64,000 nt of DNA from Lama guanicoe (GCA_013239625.1 MU054469.1:16893631-16957630); one strand, 5' to 3'. Shown: positions 51,943 to 63,385, counted from the first letter of the stretch. The notes: generated from the letters alone by a model not told the origin. Made by a program: numbers and translations.

Positions 51943-52092
51943 TCAGTGGGTCCTAAACTTGGGGATCTTTAAAAGTGCATGTTCTCAGGCCCCACCCTGG
52001 GAAATTCTGATTCAGGTCTGGGATGGGGCCCCAGGACCTAGTTTTAAGTTTCCTCAGGTAATTCCAGTGAAGAACAGGTTTGGGAACCTGTG
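51943..52092. mobile_element. MER5-type hAT element
   Basis: cagtgggtcctaaactt...caggccccaccctgggaaattctgattc...tgggatggggcccc...tttgggaacctg. Confidence 0.65.
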
Positions 52093-53859
52093 GTATAAAT
52101 TACTAAGATGGTTCCTTAGAACAATTTTTTTTTTCCCCAGGACTGACAGCGGAGGGTTTTCTACAAAACCTCAAGAGGTTTTTAAAGTGATTAATTAAAG
52201 CAGCCACACAGGGTCAGTCTTTTGCTACAGACATGTGGCAGAAAGTGAATCTCCCTCACAAAGTAGGAACCAAATTGGCAAGACATGCCAGGTGTCAGTG
52301 TTGCTTTCCCCAGAAAGTGATGATAGCCACATATCCTGTGCCAACAGCAGGGAGCACTTCCTTAGCCAGAGAAAATGAGATGGGTCCTTTGACCCTTCCA
52401 GGAACTTCCTCTGCCAGACTTGTGTCAAAACAAGTCACCGTGAGACCAAACCCAGTTTGATAACACAGCCATCGCACGGATTGGGCTTCAGGCCCTGGTC
52501 GGAGTGGGCCACTCAGGAGAGGTGAGCACAGGGCCTCCTCCCACAGGGCCCTGGGGACCCTTGAACTGGCACCTGGTGGGAGGGCTCCATAACTTCAGTT
52601 GGCGAGACGAGCCATGAGTGAGTGATTCATTTGCTAGTGAAACAACTACCAAATTTTTTTGTTAAAAAATCATGAAATTTTCCTGCAGATGCCCTGCTTC
52701 AAGAAAGGTCGGTATATACCCATATCTAAACTTTGTAAGTTTGCAGCAGATAAACTTGAGGGACAGTCATTCATTTAAAATAATAGCCAGTTTGGTTTGC
52801 TCCACCTCTCTCTGCACATGGCCCTTCGGTGACATGGGCTTGTAGGAATATGATGGTTGTGGTCTAAGCCAAGGGTTTCTAGTGCAAAGTGGTCTCAGAG
52901 AAAAGGAATCCATTCCTCTCAGCTCTCAAAAAGGACTTCCTCAGGGAGAACAAGGGAAACGTCTTTGGCTCATGCATGTCTGTGAGGTTGATTTGTCCAA
53001 GATCCACTCTCCAGCTAGTCACTCCCAGTTCCCATACACACAAAAACTGAGAGTGAAACACAACACTTCAGTCAGCTGCGTGCAGTTTGAAAGCCAAATT
53101 TTAGCATTAGGTGAAGTATCTATTTAAAATGCTGACCAAAATTCAGTTAAATGACAAGTTTCATTTAAGAAGTATGCACATATTGTATGCTTTCTGGTGT
53201 AAACTGCATTTGATACAAACCAAATGTGCGCACAGATGGGCCTGGTGTCGGAGGCAGGAGCAGGGTCCGTTGTGAAGCAGAGCCTGCCTCAGGAGGTGCC
53301 TCTGACGTCAGTGTTGCCACATTTAGCATCTCAGTAAACTACATTTGAGTGTGTTTTTTGGAAGAACATGAAGGGATTTTCCCCCGTTTCTTCTGTAAAT
53401 ACCAACTGAGCAGGACATCTGGTAAAATGCCTCAAATAAGATGTACAAGACTGGCAATATATTGCAAAGGTCACAGTCCAAAAAGAATAACCTTTGTCTA
53501 CATTTCCATCACTTGTGTCCATCAAATAGCTGTCTATCTAACCCTCTCCACTTTCAAATATTGTCAATTTCTTGGTTTTTTAAAAACAGAACTTCCAGAT
53601 GCAGGGTAGTCACCAGAGCCTCGGAGAACTCCGTCTGGGAATCCCCTGATGTGTCCTTGCTTGTGCTGCTTTTAAAGTCCTGCGTCTCTCATTCCATTTA
53701 GACCTCTTTCAGGCACACGGCTGTCTTCAGCCTTGTGAACGCTGTCTGATTTGGAGTGCTCAGGCATCGCGGTGTCAAAAACAAGACCTGGAATGTCTGG
53801 AGACTGTGGGCTGAAAGCAAAAACATCTGCCCCCTTTCGAGCTGTTCGTCTCCAATACA

Positions 53860-54160
53860 ACCACAGCCGTGCAGCCGGCCAGTGCTAACGTGACCTCTCT
53901 CTCGCCTCCATCCTCTCTGGGGCAGCGAGGATTGGTTAGGGAGGCGCCTCCACCCCTTCCCCTGGCGCCTTTATATGGCGACTTGGCTCCCGCTCGCCCT
54001 CTGCCTCCTGCCTGGTAGGAGCGTGCCTGTGGCTCTCTTCCCAGCCCCTCTGCAGGCACATTCCCAGTGGGTGCCGCGAGCATTTGGCTGAGCTCGCTCC
54101 TATTTTTCAGCCTTGGCCTTGGTGTGCACCCCTGACCGGGCGGGCGGCATGATAAGCCCT
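53860..54160. promoter_or_regulatory. CpG/GC-rich intronic island, candidate enhancer or antisense promoter
   Basis: Locally dense CpG in sequence where I recognise no repeat. Contains a CCAAT (gattgg ~53930), a minus-strand cgccaTATAAAggcg (~53966-53980) and a GC box (gggcgg ~54138-54147). Confidence 0.45.
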
Positions 54161-54918
54161 GAGCTTGTTCATTCTTTTCAGCTCCTGCTGCTTTGCCCTT
54201 GTGGAACTGGCTCTTCCCCCCACTCAGCACAGAACCCAAATGCCTGATTTATGTCTGCTGACTTAAAAAAGAACGGAGCGCTGTGAAATTCTAGCGTCTC
54301 CCTGGTGCTTTTGAATGATAGCCGTGTTCGGAAGCAGTGGGCGCAGTCACTGATTGCTGACGGAATGGATAGCTGGAGGGAGGCATCAAGTATAATCTCT
54401 TCTGGTTTTTGAATGATTTTCTACTTAGATTCTGGTTTTGAGTCTCCGGTATCTCAGATTTTTCCATTTTGTCGGGCTCAGCACTTTGACAAACTGTTGA
54501 CCCACTTTCAGTAGCCCAGGGTTAATTAGTATTTATGTAGCAGTGCAGTTGTGTCTTCCCAACTGGTAAAATTTATCTGTTCTTCAGGCCACCTATAAGC
54601 TCAATTAATGTTGGTGTTTTGTTTGAGGCTGGGAAGTCGGGTAAATGTTGCAAATTGCAAATCCTAATTCAGCTCTCAGAACCAGACTACATGAGAAGTT
54701 TCTGACCAAAATTTCAACAGGGCATTTTCATGAATTTAATTTTTTGGCTAAGAGAGGGTTCTGATTTTTTTTTTGTTTGTTTATGGTCCAATATCAATCA
54801 TCTTGCTTACAGATTTGGATTTGAACTTATAAACTTTACCTGTCTGTTGGAAGAGGTTGTATAATGTCATCTCTAAATGTATCTTTCATAATGAGATTGG
54901 GAACATATGTGATAAGTC

Positions 54919-55070
54919 TTTTTTTTTTTAGGGTTTTTTGGTTTTTGTTTATTTATTTTGGGGGGGGGATAATTAAGTTTATTTATTTATTTAATGGAGG
55001 TACTGGAGGTTGAATCCAGGACCTTGTGCATGCTAAGCACAGCATTCTACCAGTAGGCTATATCCTCCCC
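54919..55070 (-). mobile_element. tRNA-Ala(AGC)-derived camelid SINE (vic-1 type)
   Basis: aatggaggtactggaggttgaatccaggaccttgtgcatgctaagc...gctatatcctcccc with a T tail. Confidence 0.9.
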
Positions 55071-55082
55071 TCCCCTGATTTT

Positions 55083-55243
55083 TATTTTTGCATTCATTTT
55101 TAAATTATTTTTTGTTTATTTTTTAGTGGGGGAGAGGTAATTAGGTTTGTTTATTTATTTTTTACTGGAGATACTGAGAATTGAACCCAGGACCTGGTGC
55201 ATGCTAAGCATGTGCTCTGCCAGTGAGCTACACTCTCCCCCGG
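55083..55243 (-). mobile_element. tRNA-Ala(AGC)-derived camelid SINE (vic-1 type) with 15-bp TSD
   Basis: ttgaacccaggacctggtgcatgctaagcatgtgctctgccagtgagctacactctcccc; TSD ccctcccctgatttt at 55068-55082 and 55244-55258. Confidence 0.9.
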
Positions 55244-58200
55244 CCCTCCCCTGATTTTAAACACACTTACAACCCTTTCAATTTCAACCCATTTTTTGAA
55301 TATCTTTCTAAAATGTTTTCCTTGACTTAGGATAAGTAGTCCTCTCCTAAGGAAGTTATGGAGTCTGCTGAACAGAGTTGACTCTTTCTGTGACAGCTTG
55401 ATACGGTTCCTTCCTGATGGTCAACATTCTGCACATGGTTATTTTAAGGCACGACATGGTAGGAAGGGTGTGGGAGGCAGGGAGGAATGTGTTCCCACTG
55501 GTTGACTGTGGGTGGGGAATAAGGTGAGGTAATGCAGAAGTGGTCGCACAAGGCCAGATGGTACATTAGATGCTGGCTTTGGCATTTAATAGGCATAGGA
55601 TGTTTTTGAGCAAGAGGATGATGTAAGAGCTGTGCTTCAAGAAGTGGTGTTAATCTTGGTCACCAAGGGAAGAGCCTGTCAGGGTCTCTGACAAGATTGT
55701 CTACAGCCCGGTTGGCCAGAGTGGGTGTGGGAAGGAGGGGGTCAGAGAGATTGAGCTGACAGACTGGAGGGAACTGGTGACTGCTGAGGGAAGTAAGATT
55801 GGGAGGAGTCAAGGATGCCTCAGGGGCTGAATCTAGGGGGAAGCTGAGTGTCATGGGAATGAGGAGGTGGGCTGTGGTGGTTTTGGAATCCAGTTGTAAG
55901 TAGCACAGTGATTGGCCAAATCCTGCCTCTTCCCTTCACCAGTGTTGGACTCTGGGGCCAGTGAGCCTCTTGAAGCTTCAGTTTCCACATCTCTGAGCAG
56001 GGGGACATCTCCTTCATTGACTTTAGGCCAGTCTCTCTCATGTGGAAAGTAACATTCAACACAGCTGCTGCCACCGTTGGAACTTGCCAGAGACCACTCT
56101 GTTCAGCAGTGTCCTGTTCCTTGTTTTGTCCTAGTCAGAGTAATTTTATTTATAGGCATGTGGAGCTCAATCAGATTGAGTAACGTGCTGACTCGCGAGG
56201 GCACAACATGCTAAACCAAAGAGAACATCCCACCGGCTACGCCTGGAACGTGCAGCTGAGGTCAGGCTCCGTACAGTAGGTGTCCCTGCTTGTCTGAGCT
56301 CTGGTTGGCCAGAGCTGTTGCTAGGCTGATTCTGTTTTAAGCAAAATTAGAAAGCTGATATGAACTGGTTATACTAGACTCCCTTCTTTAAAAAAAAAGT
56401 TCTCTTTCCTGATTCATCTTCATTTTGCAGTTTCAAAACTCTGTAGTTGTAGTGTGAATATGCAACTTTGTGCTAAATTTAATAAAAATACTATAAAAGT
56501 ACAGCTTTGATTTATAGGTGGTCCTTAGATATTATCTAAGAATACAGGAAAGACTGTACCTCAAAGGAAAATTGCAAGTTGATGAAATCACTTTCTGTTA
56601 TGGCATTGGTGGTCTCTACAAATCTATGATTTGGGCCTTTGTCAAATTTTTCAAATCTGTGTAGGACTTTAATTAAATGATGTTTTGTAGACTTGAGGTG
56701 GATTGGGCTGTGGAGCAATAAGCAACCTCCCCTAATGCCATCCAGTGCAGGGCGCTGCGCAGCGCAGAGGCCGCCCGTGCGGAGCTCAGGAGCTGCACAA
56801 AGCCCTCTTGCTTAGCCTCCTCCTTCAGGATTCCAAATGAGTCCAGACAAGCACTGGCATGGGAGGAAGGAAACACCACCTCTGCCAACCTCCTGTGAGC
56901 CTGCTGCTCTTCTTGCCTATTCATGTTCCTTCAATTCTCAGAGAATGTATTTGAGAAATGGTGGGGGGCGGGGAACGGAGGTGGGGAAGATGCCTTAGCC
57001 AACCCTGAGGAAGAGGACAGAAACAGCACACATAGCAGTTGCTGGAAGTTTGGTGCTGCAGACGGCACAATCTGCCAGCCCATTTGTTGATTCTGCATGC
57101 CATCCTTCAGTTGGCACCATCGTTGCCAGAAACCACCCCCTCCTTTTTCCATCTGCAGGCAGGGAGGGAGGTATTGCGGCAGCGTTCACTCTTCCTGTCC
57201 TAAAGCCTAGAGTTTCTTCTTCCAACATTAGGCTTAATCACCTGTGCCATGTTAGGACCCACAGAGATATTGGAATCAAAGAATTTTAGAAGTGGAAGGG
57301 GCCTGAGGGAATTTTTCAAACAAGAAAAGCAGCACCCAGTCTTCCCAGATTCCACCACATATGACAGTGGACGTTTGAATGTTGAAGAATGAGAATCTTT
57401 GAGGATACCTGCTTTTACCTATAGCCAGGGATCTGGTCTAAATACTCCTGGCAAATCAGCAGTGATGGGGGGAAGTAGTGCAGGGCCAGAGATGCCTTCT
57501 GAGTAAGACCAACCGGAAAAACAAACGTCGGAGGTGGAGGTGAAGCATCAGGGCTAGGAAGAGGGCGAAGGGAGAAAAAAATAGTCGGGCATCTTTCAGA
57601 AGATGGCAGTGACATTTTAGAAGGTAAATTGATTAGTCCTGGTAATGATTTAGCTAGCAGAATGTAACTACTTACTATATTCTGTAAGAAGTCATTTAAA
57701 AGCACTAATAATGTCTTCCCTGTCTTGCTTAGTGTGTTTTTGTGGAAATGGGAGAAGAGCACAATTCAGGGAACACCGTGAGGTCCAAAAACGTAACTGC
57801 TATCCAAGGTGTGAGGGAGGTGACTCTCTGGATTGTGGAGACTGGGAATGCTTTCTTCAGATTAAAGAACTGCAAATTATCACTTGCAGAGAATCTGTTA
57901 CTTTGTATATTGAGGTGCATGGAACAATGCCTGGTGTATCATTAGCATGATATATGAGTTGCTGCTACTACTACTTGTAGTAATAGTGATTATTATAATT
58001 TTCAGAGCTAGGACTAGTGTAGTGTATCTTTAATCAGAAATCGTTTATCAGAGTTTATGTGAAAAGCTCATCTTCCTCAATTTAGAAGATACAATGGAGT
58101 TTTTTCCCTTCAAGGAGTGTAATTCTCAGAAACAACCTCTGTCCTGGTTGGATAATGGTCTGCTTTGCTGTTGGGTGTGGCCAGGGTGAACGCATGCTTT

Positions 58201-59956
58201 CCTTCCAGAGCCCAGGGAGGAGCCTGCACCATCAGGAATTCCATGACACAACCACTGGTTTCATGTGAAATCAGATGGGAGTTTTATAAGGAAACCGTGT
58301 GTTCTTGGTTTAGATTTAGGGCCTTCAGGCTTCAGCCTCTCTAGGGAACCCTCTGGTGATCAGACACAAACACAGTGACCCCAGGCCCCAAAGGGGACTG
58401 TCCCAGGGACTCTCTCTCAAGACATACTTCTTTACCCCCTGCCAAACCACCTGTCCTCCCTCTCCATACCCACTTTTATTAGTTTTTCAAGGTTGAACTC
58501 AAATTCATTGTCATAACTTTGCTGACAACACCCCCCCACCCCAGCCCCATGTTCACTGAGTGTCCTCTTATCTAAACTCCTCTAAGACCACTGGGACTTT
58601 CCCACATAGTTGAATGCTACTAACATTTTATCGATAGTGCTAGAAAAGGGTTCAGAACAATGTCTGAATCATCACTCACTACAATTTGTGCTTTATCTGT
58701 TATGTCTCCTTTAATCTCACACAGTACTTCCCCCATTTTACAGATGAGTTAATCGAGGTACAGAGTGGCTAAGGGAAGTCACAAGTATGACACCAGGCTG
58801 CCTGGCTCTCTGATCCCCTTGGGTGTCTAGTTTCTTCCTTAGCCCTCTCAATCTTTGTTCTTCCCCCCATGCCTTCACCTTGTCTTCTTAAATAGATTCT
58901 GAGCTCTTGAGAGCACCTGGCCTCAGATGTGTTTGTGTGCATGTATTCCCTGGGACCCCAGGATGCAGAAATTCTCCAAAGACTGGCATTCCAGTTGGGG
59001 TTGGGGGAGGAGTAGGGTCCCTGGCTGGACCACTGGGCCAGCTGTGATTGGTTGCCTGTTGAGCTGGGGCTTTTCCTGGTATCAACTCTCTCCTGGGCCA
59101 GCGCCAGCTTTTGTCGTCATGTTAGGCTCCGTCCTTTCTTAATGTTGGCAAATGATTCCCAGCTGCACAAGCAGCAGCCTGGCTGCTTCTGCACCAGGGC
59201 CAGGGAAAACGTTTTCAAGAACAAGCAGGAACAAGTTGGCATTGGCAGAGCCGACCCAGGCAAATCCAAACGTCTTGTCCTTTGTCCCAGATCCTCCAGC
59301 TCTCTCTGGGCCACACACAGCGGTGCTGTCCCCACCCCCCAGGTCCCACCTGGACCTGGCTCCCCTAGGAAACCGGCCCAGCCCTTTACCCTTTGTCCTG
59401 GTTCCTTAAGGCAGCTGATAAGTACAGATCTGATAAGGCTGGTTTATTGGAATCTCTTCTAGTGATATATTTGCATTTAAAAGGGGATAATTCCTTTACT
59501 GCTCTGAAAGAAGGCGAGGCAAGGGAGGAGATCATTAAGTGATAGACCATGTGGGAGGCAAGGATACAGGAAGGACTCCAGGTCTGGGTAATCTTGGGTT
59601 CAAATCCTGACTCCACCCCTCACTGGCTGTAACCAGGGCAGCTTCTCTGAGCCTGTTTATAAAACAGCGCAGCACCTGCACCATGAGTATTAACACCCTG
59701 GCCAGTTTAGCCCCTCAGTATGTGTTCCTTTAACAACCAAACTCTTATGTTGGCCAGTTGTTGGCAAATTAAGAACATAATTGTTTATGTTTCTTGTTCA
59801 GCTATAAAGTGTTCTCACCTTGGGATTTTTTGTTTATTCATAGTGAAATACGGCTTATAAACAGAAAAGTGAATGAAACACATATGCACCATTTAGCAAA
59901 TAGTAATAAAAGGTTGAGAAAGACAAGTACTGCTTTATAGGGGTGTATGTATGTAT

Positions 59957-60135
59957 CAGTGATTCTCAGCCCGGGGCGATTTTGTCCCCAGGGGACATTG
60001 AACGTTTTTGGTTGTGGCATCTGGAGGAGTGGTACTGGCATTTTTGGTACTGGCACCTAGTAGGAGCAGTCAGGAATGCCACTGAACATAGATAGCCCCC
60101 AGTCAGTAGTGCCCATGCAGAGAAAGCCTGCTGTA
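59957..60135. mobile_element. MER20-type hAT DNA transposon
   Basis: cagtgattctcagcccggggcgattttgtccccaggggacatt...tactggcacctagtag...caggaatgccactgaacat. Confidence 0.8.
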
Positions 60136-60595
60136 ACACAAGCTGATTAGCCATCTTGGATGAAAAACATCCTGGTTCTAGAAACAATGCTTCAGCAGAA
60201 GGTGAACTTTAAGGAAAAAATTTGGACGCTCAAGAAACCTGTTAGTGTCAAGACCTAGATTTATACGACGTATGGTTAGTAATGTCACCCTGCTCAACTA
60301 ATTGTTCTCTTTAAAAAAACAAAAAAAAGCCAGCCAGAATTTCAGTTGAAGGATCTGAAGTTAGTAGACCTTGCTAACAGCATCAATTAGTTTGTATTCT
60401 TTCATTATTGCCAGATGCTTTTAATCTCTTCTGTCACACTGTACCAATCTTGGGAATCAAATACTGTACAAGTTAGTAGAAGCCAGAAGTGCTTCATTTT
60501 ACAATTAATTACATTGTGAATTAATTACTGTCCTCTTCACAACAACTCTCCCAGCACCTTTGCACTTGTAACTCTTTGTCTTTAATTTATTGCAG

Positions 60596-60914
60596 GATTT
60601 AGTGGTTCGTATTGTTTTTATTCTTGGCAACCTGACAGCGAAAAATAACCAGGCACGTGAGCAATTTTGCAGAGAGAAAGGGAGCTTCCCAACTCTGCTG
60701 TCATTATTCCACACGTTCTACGAGCTGGATCTGCATTCCAGGAAGCGCGTGGAGGAAGGAGACGATCGGCCCCCGGCGCGGAGGCCGCCGGCCCAGGCGG
60801 AGGACGTGCTCATCAAGCTGACCCGGGTGCTCGCCAACCTGGCCATCCACCCGCGCGTGGGCCCGGCCATCGCCGCCCACCCGCGCATAGTGGGCCTGCT
60901 CCTCGCCACGCTGG
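60596..60914 (+). CDS. ARMC2: ARMC2 coding exon (~exon 13), 319 nt
   Basis: Acceptor tttaatttattgcag|GAT and donor CTGG|gtaaga. Encodes DLVVRIVFILGNLTAKNNQAREQF...AEDVLIKLTRVLANLAIHPRVGPAIAAHPRIVGLLLATL (ORF 60590..61036). Confidence 0.95.
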
Positions 60915-61000
60915 GTAAGAAGCGCGGCTGCCCAGCGGCTGCGAGTCCCCGGCGGAGCGGCAGGGGACAGGGGGCCGGGGCGAGGGGGCTGCTTCCGTGC
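60712..61000. promoter_or_regulatory. Intragenic CpG island over the 3' two-thirds of exon 13 and the start of the intron
   Basis: Abrupt switch to very high GC and dense CpG (cggcccccggcgcggaggccgccgg, cccgcgcgtgggcccggccatcgccgccc) in an otherwise AT-rich gene. Confidence 0.75.
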
Positions 61001-61382
61001 CAGGAGGGTTTTAGTAGTACAGTCCCCTCACTTTAAGGAGCCTTCTTAGCTGTGAAGGGAAATTCCTTCTGTTGAGAACTGCCTCGAAAGTAATCCAGAT
61101 TGTAAAAAGAAAGAAAAAAAAGTAATATAGTGATACAAATTATTACTAAAACCCACGAAACTGTAAAGTTTAAAGAGTGAATTTTATGGTATGTGAATTA
61201 AATCTCAATTTTAAAAAAGCGTACCAATCAAATCATCAAAAATTGGCCAAACTGATCACAGAGTTTTAAATTCCAAATTTGTCCTGGGTTAGTCCACATG
61301 ATTAAAGTCTATTTACCTTTTTTCAGCTTTCTACATTACCCATAATTATAGCCCCTCGTCATTCAGGTCCCATCTTTTCCCC

Positions 61383-63385
61383 TGTGTTAGTCAGTTGGAG
61401 CTGCCCTAACAAAATACTGCAGACTGGGAGGCTTAAACACCTGAAGTTTATTACTCCCGGCTCTGGAGGCTGAAGTCCACGATCCGAATGCCAGCTGATT
61501 CTGTTCTGGTGAGAGCGCTCTTCCTGGCTCGCAGGTGGCTGCATTCTCACTAAGTCTTCATGTGGCTTTTCCTCAGTGTGTGCATATGCGCTTGTGCACA
61601 CAGGGAGAGAGAATGCTCTTTCTCTTAAGACCACCAATCCTGTCAGATACAGAGTCTACCCTTATGACTCCATGTAAAACTTTACCTTCTAAAAGCCCTG
61701 TCTCCAAAAACATCCCATTAGGGGTTAGGGCTTCAACATATGAATTTGGCAGAGGGTTCACAATTCTACCCCTGGCCTCCAAAATTCATGTCCTTCTCAC
61801 ATGCAAAATACATTCATTCCATCCCAACAGTCCCAAAAGTTTTAATTCATTCCAGCATCAACTCTAAAATCTAAAGTCCAAAATCTCTTAAACATCATCT
61901 AAATCAGGTATTGTGAGTCTCAAAATATGATACAACCTGAGGAAAAATTCCTCTCCTGCTCGGACCTGTGAAACCAGACAAGTTACATGCAAAACCAACA
62001 ACAGGGCAGGCATAGGACAGGCATTCCCATTCCAAAGGAGAGAAATGGGGAGAAAGGAAAGTGTGACAGCAGGTCCCGAGCAAGTCCTAAACCAAGTCAG
62101 ATGAATTCCATCAGATCTTAAGGCTTGAGAACAACCCTCTGTGGTTAGATTGGGCCACTGGGCTTTGCAGAGAGGCCTTGCGAGGCTTTGAGGTGAAGGC
62201 TGGTCTGGGTCTGGGCTGTTGGAACTGAGGCTGTGGCCCTGGGGTCATTTTCTTTACTTGAAGAATAGTGCATATTTGCAGCCAAATGGCTCTACACCCT
62301 GTCCTGTCAAGTCCAAGGAGTCTGACAGCCTTCCTTCATTTGGTCCTGTCTCCGTCCCCTTCAGTTCGAACTGGCAGTTTCTGCTGTTATAACCCTCTGA
62401 ACTCCTCACCCAGTGATGGTTCGATCACATCCTTGGTCTTCTCCAGCACTTGCTTTCTCATGTCTTGCAATGTGGACAGGCTGAGAATTTTCCGAATCTA
62501 CAAGTACTAGTTCCCTTTGCTTAACAGTTCCTTCTTCAACCCCTCTCTCTCCTCATGCGATACTACAAGCAGTCAGGAGGAGCCAAGTCCCTCTTTAAAC
62601 ACTTTGCTTAGAAATCTCAACTGAATATCCAATATTATTGCTCACAAGTTCGACCTTCCACAAAACACCAAAACACAAACAGTTCAACCTGAGTTCTGTC
62701 ACTTTATGACAAAGATCACCTTTCTTGCAGTTTCTAATCACCTGTTTCTCCTTTCCGTCCAAGACTTTGCCAGAATGGCCTTCAGTGTCCATCTTTCTAA
62801 CAACATTGTATTCGTGGTTATGTATATGTTCTCTAAGAAGATGAAAGCTTTCTCTCCAGCTCTCTCTTGTCTTTGAGCCTTTGCCAAATTCACCTTTAAC
62901 ATCTGTATTTCCAGCAAGCACCTCAGAACTCCTCAATCCTCTACCTATTCCCCAGTTCCAAAGCTGCCTCCACACTTGTATGTGGAGGTCTTTCGGGTAT
63001 TTGTTACAGCTGCACCCCACGTCTAGGTACCCAAGTCTGTCTTAGTCTGCTTGGGATGCCATAGCAAAATAACATAGGCTAGGTGACTTAAACGACAGAG
63101 ATTTATTCTCTTATACTTCTGGAGACAAGAAGTCTGAGATCAGGATTCTAGCATGGTTGGTTCTGGTGAGGCCTCTCCTCCCAGCTTATAGACGGCTGCC
63201 TTCTCTCTCTCTTGCTCTTCTTCTAATGCCACCAATCCTATCGAAGAAGGGCTCCACCCTTACGATCTCATCTGACTCTAATTATCTCCCCAAAGCCCTG
63301 TCTCCAAATACAGGCCCTTCACGGGTTGAGGGCTTCAATATATGAAGTTGGGGTTGGGAGAGACACAACTCGGTCCATAGTGACA
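61383..63385 (-). mobile_element. MaLR (MLT1A-like) LTR-internal-LTR element, ~2.0 kb
   Basis: Related LTRs at 61383-~61765 (tgtgttagtc...gggcttcaacatatgaattt) and 63038-~63385 (tgtcttagtc...gggcttcaatatatgaagtt). The internal region starts with the PPT complement ttctacccctggcctcc followed by aaaattcatgtccttctcacatgcaaaata. Confidence 0.85.

Larger units (their letters stand above)
836..60914 (+). other. ARMC2: ARMC2 gene, partial (9 internal coding exons, probably human exons 5-13; gene extends beyond both window ends)
   Basis: The nine exons have canonical AG/GT boundaries and compatible phases (1-2, 2-1, 1-1, 1-0, 0-1, 1-0, 0-2, 2-0, 0-1). Joined, they give 1452 nt with no stop codon, and the peptide is colinear with human ARMC2 as I recall it (KKRVESKETV...VGLLLATL). 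Confidence 0.96.

Noticed and set aside
53775-54239. 154-aa minus-strand ORF
   Set aside because: Stop-poor only because of local GC richness; non-ATG start and no recognisable homology.
62595-63020. 141-aa ORF as a host gene
   Set aside because: It is a remnant of the MaLR internal region with no evidence of domestication.
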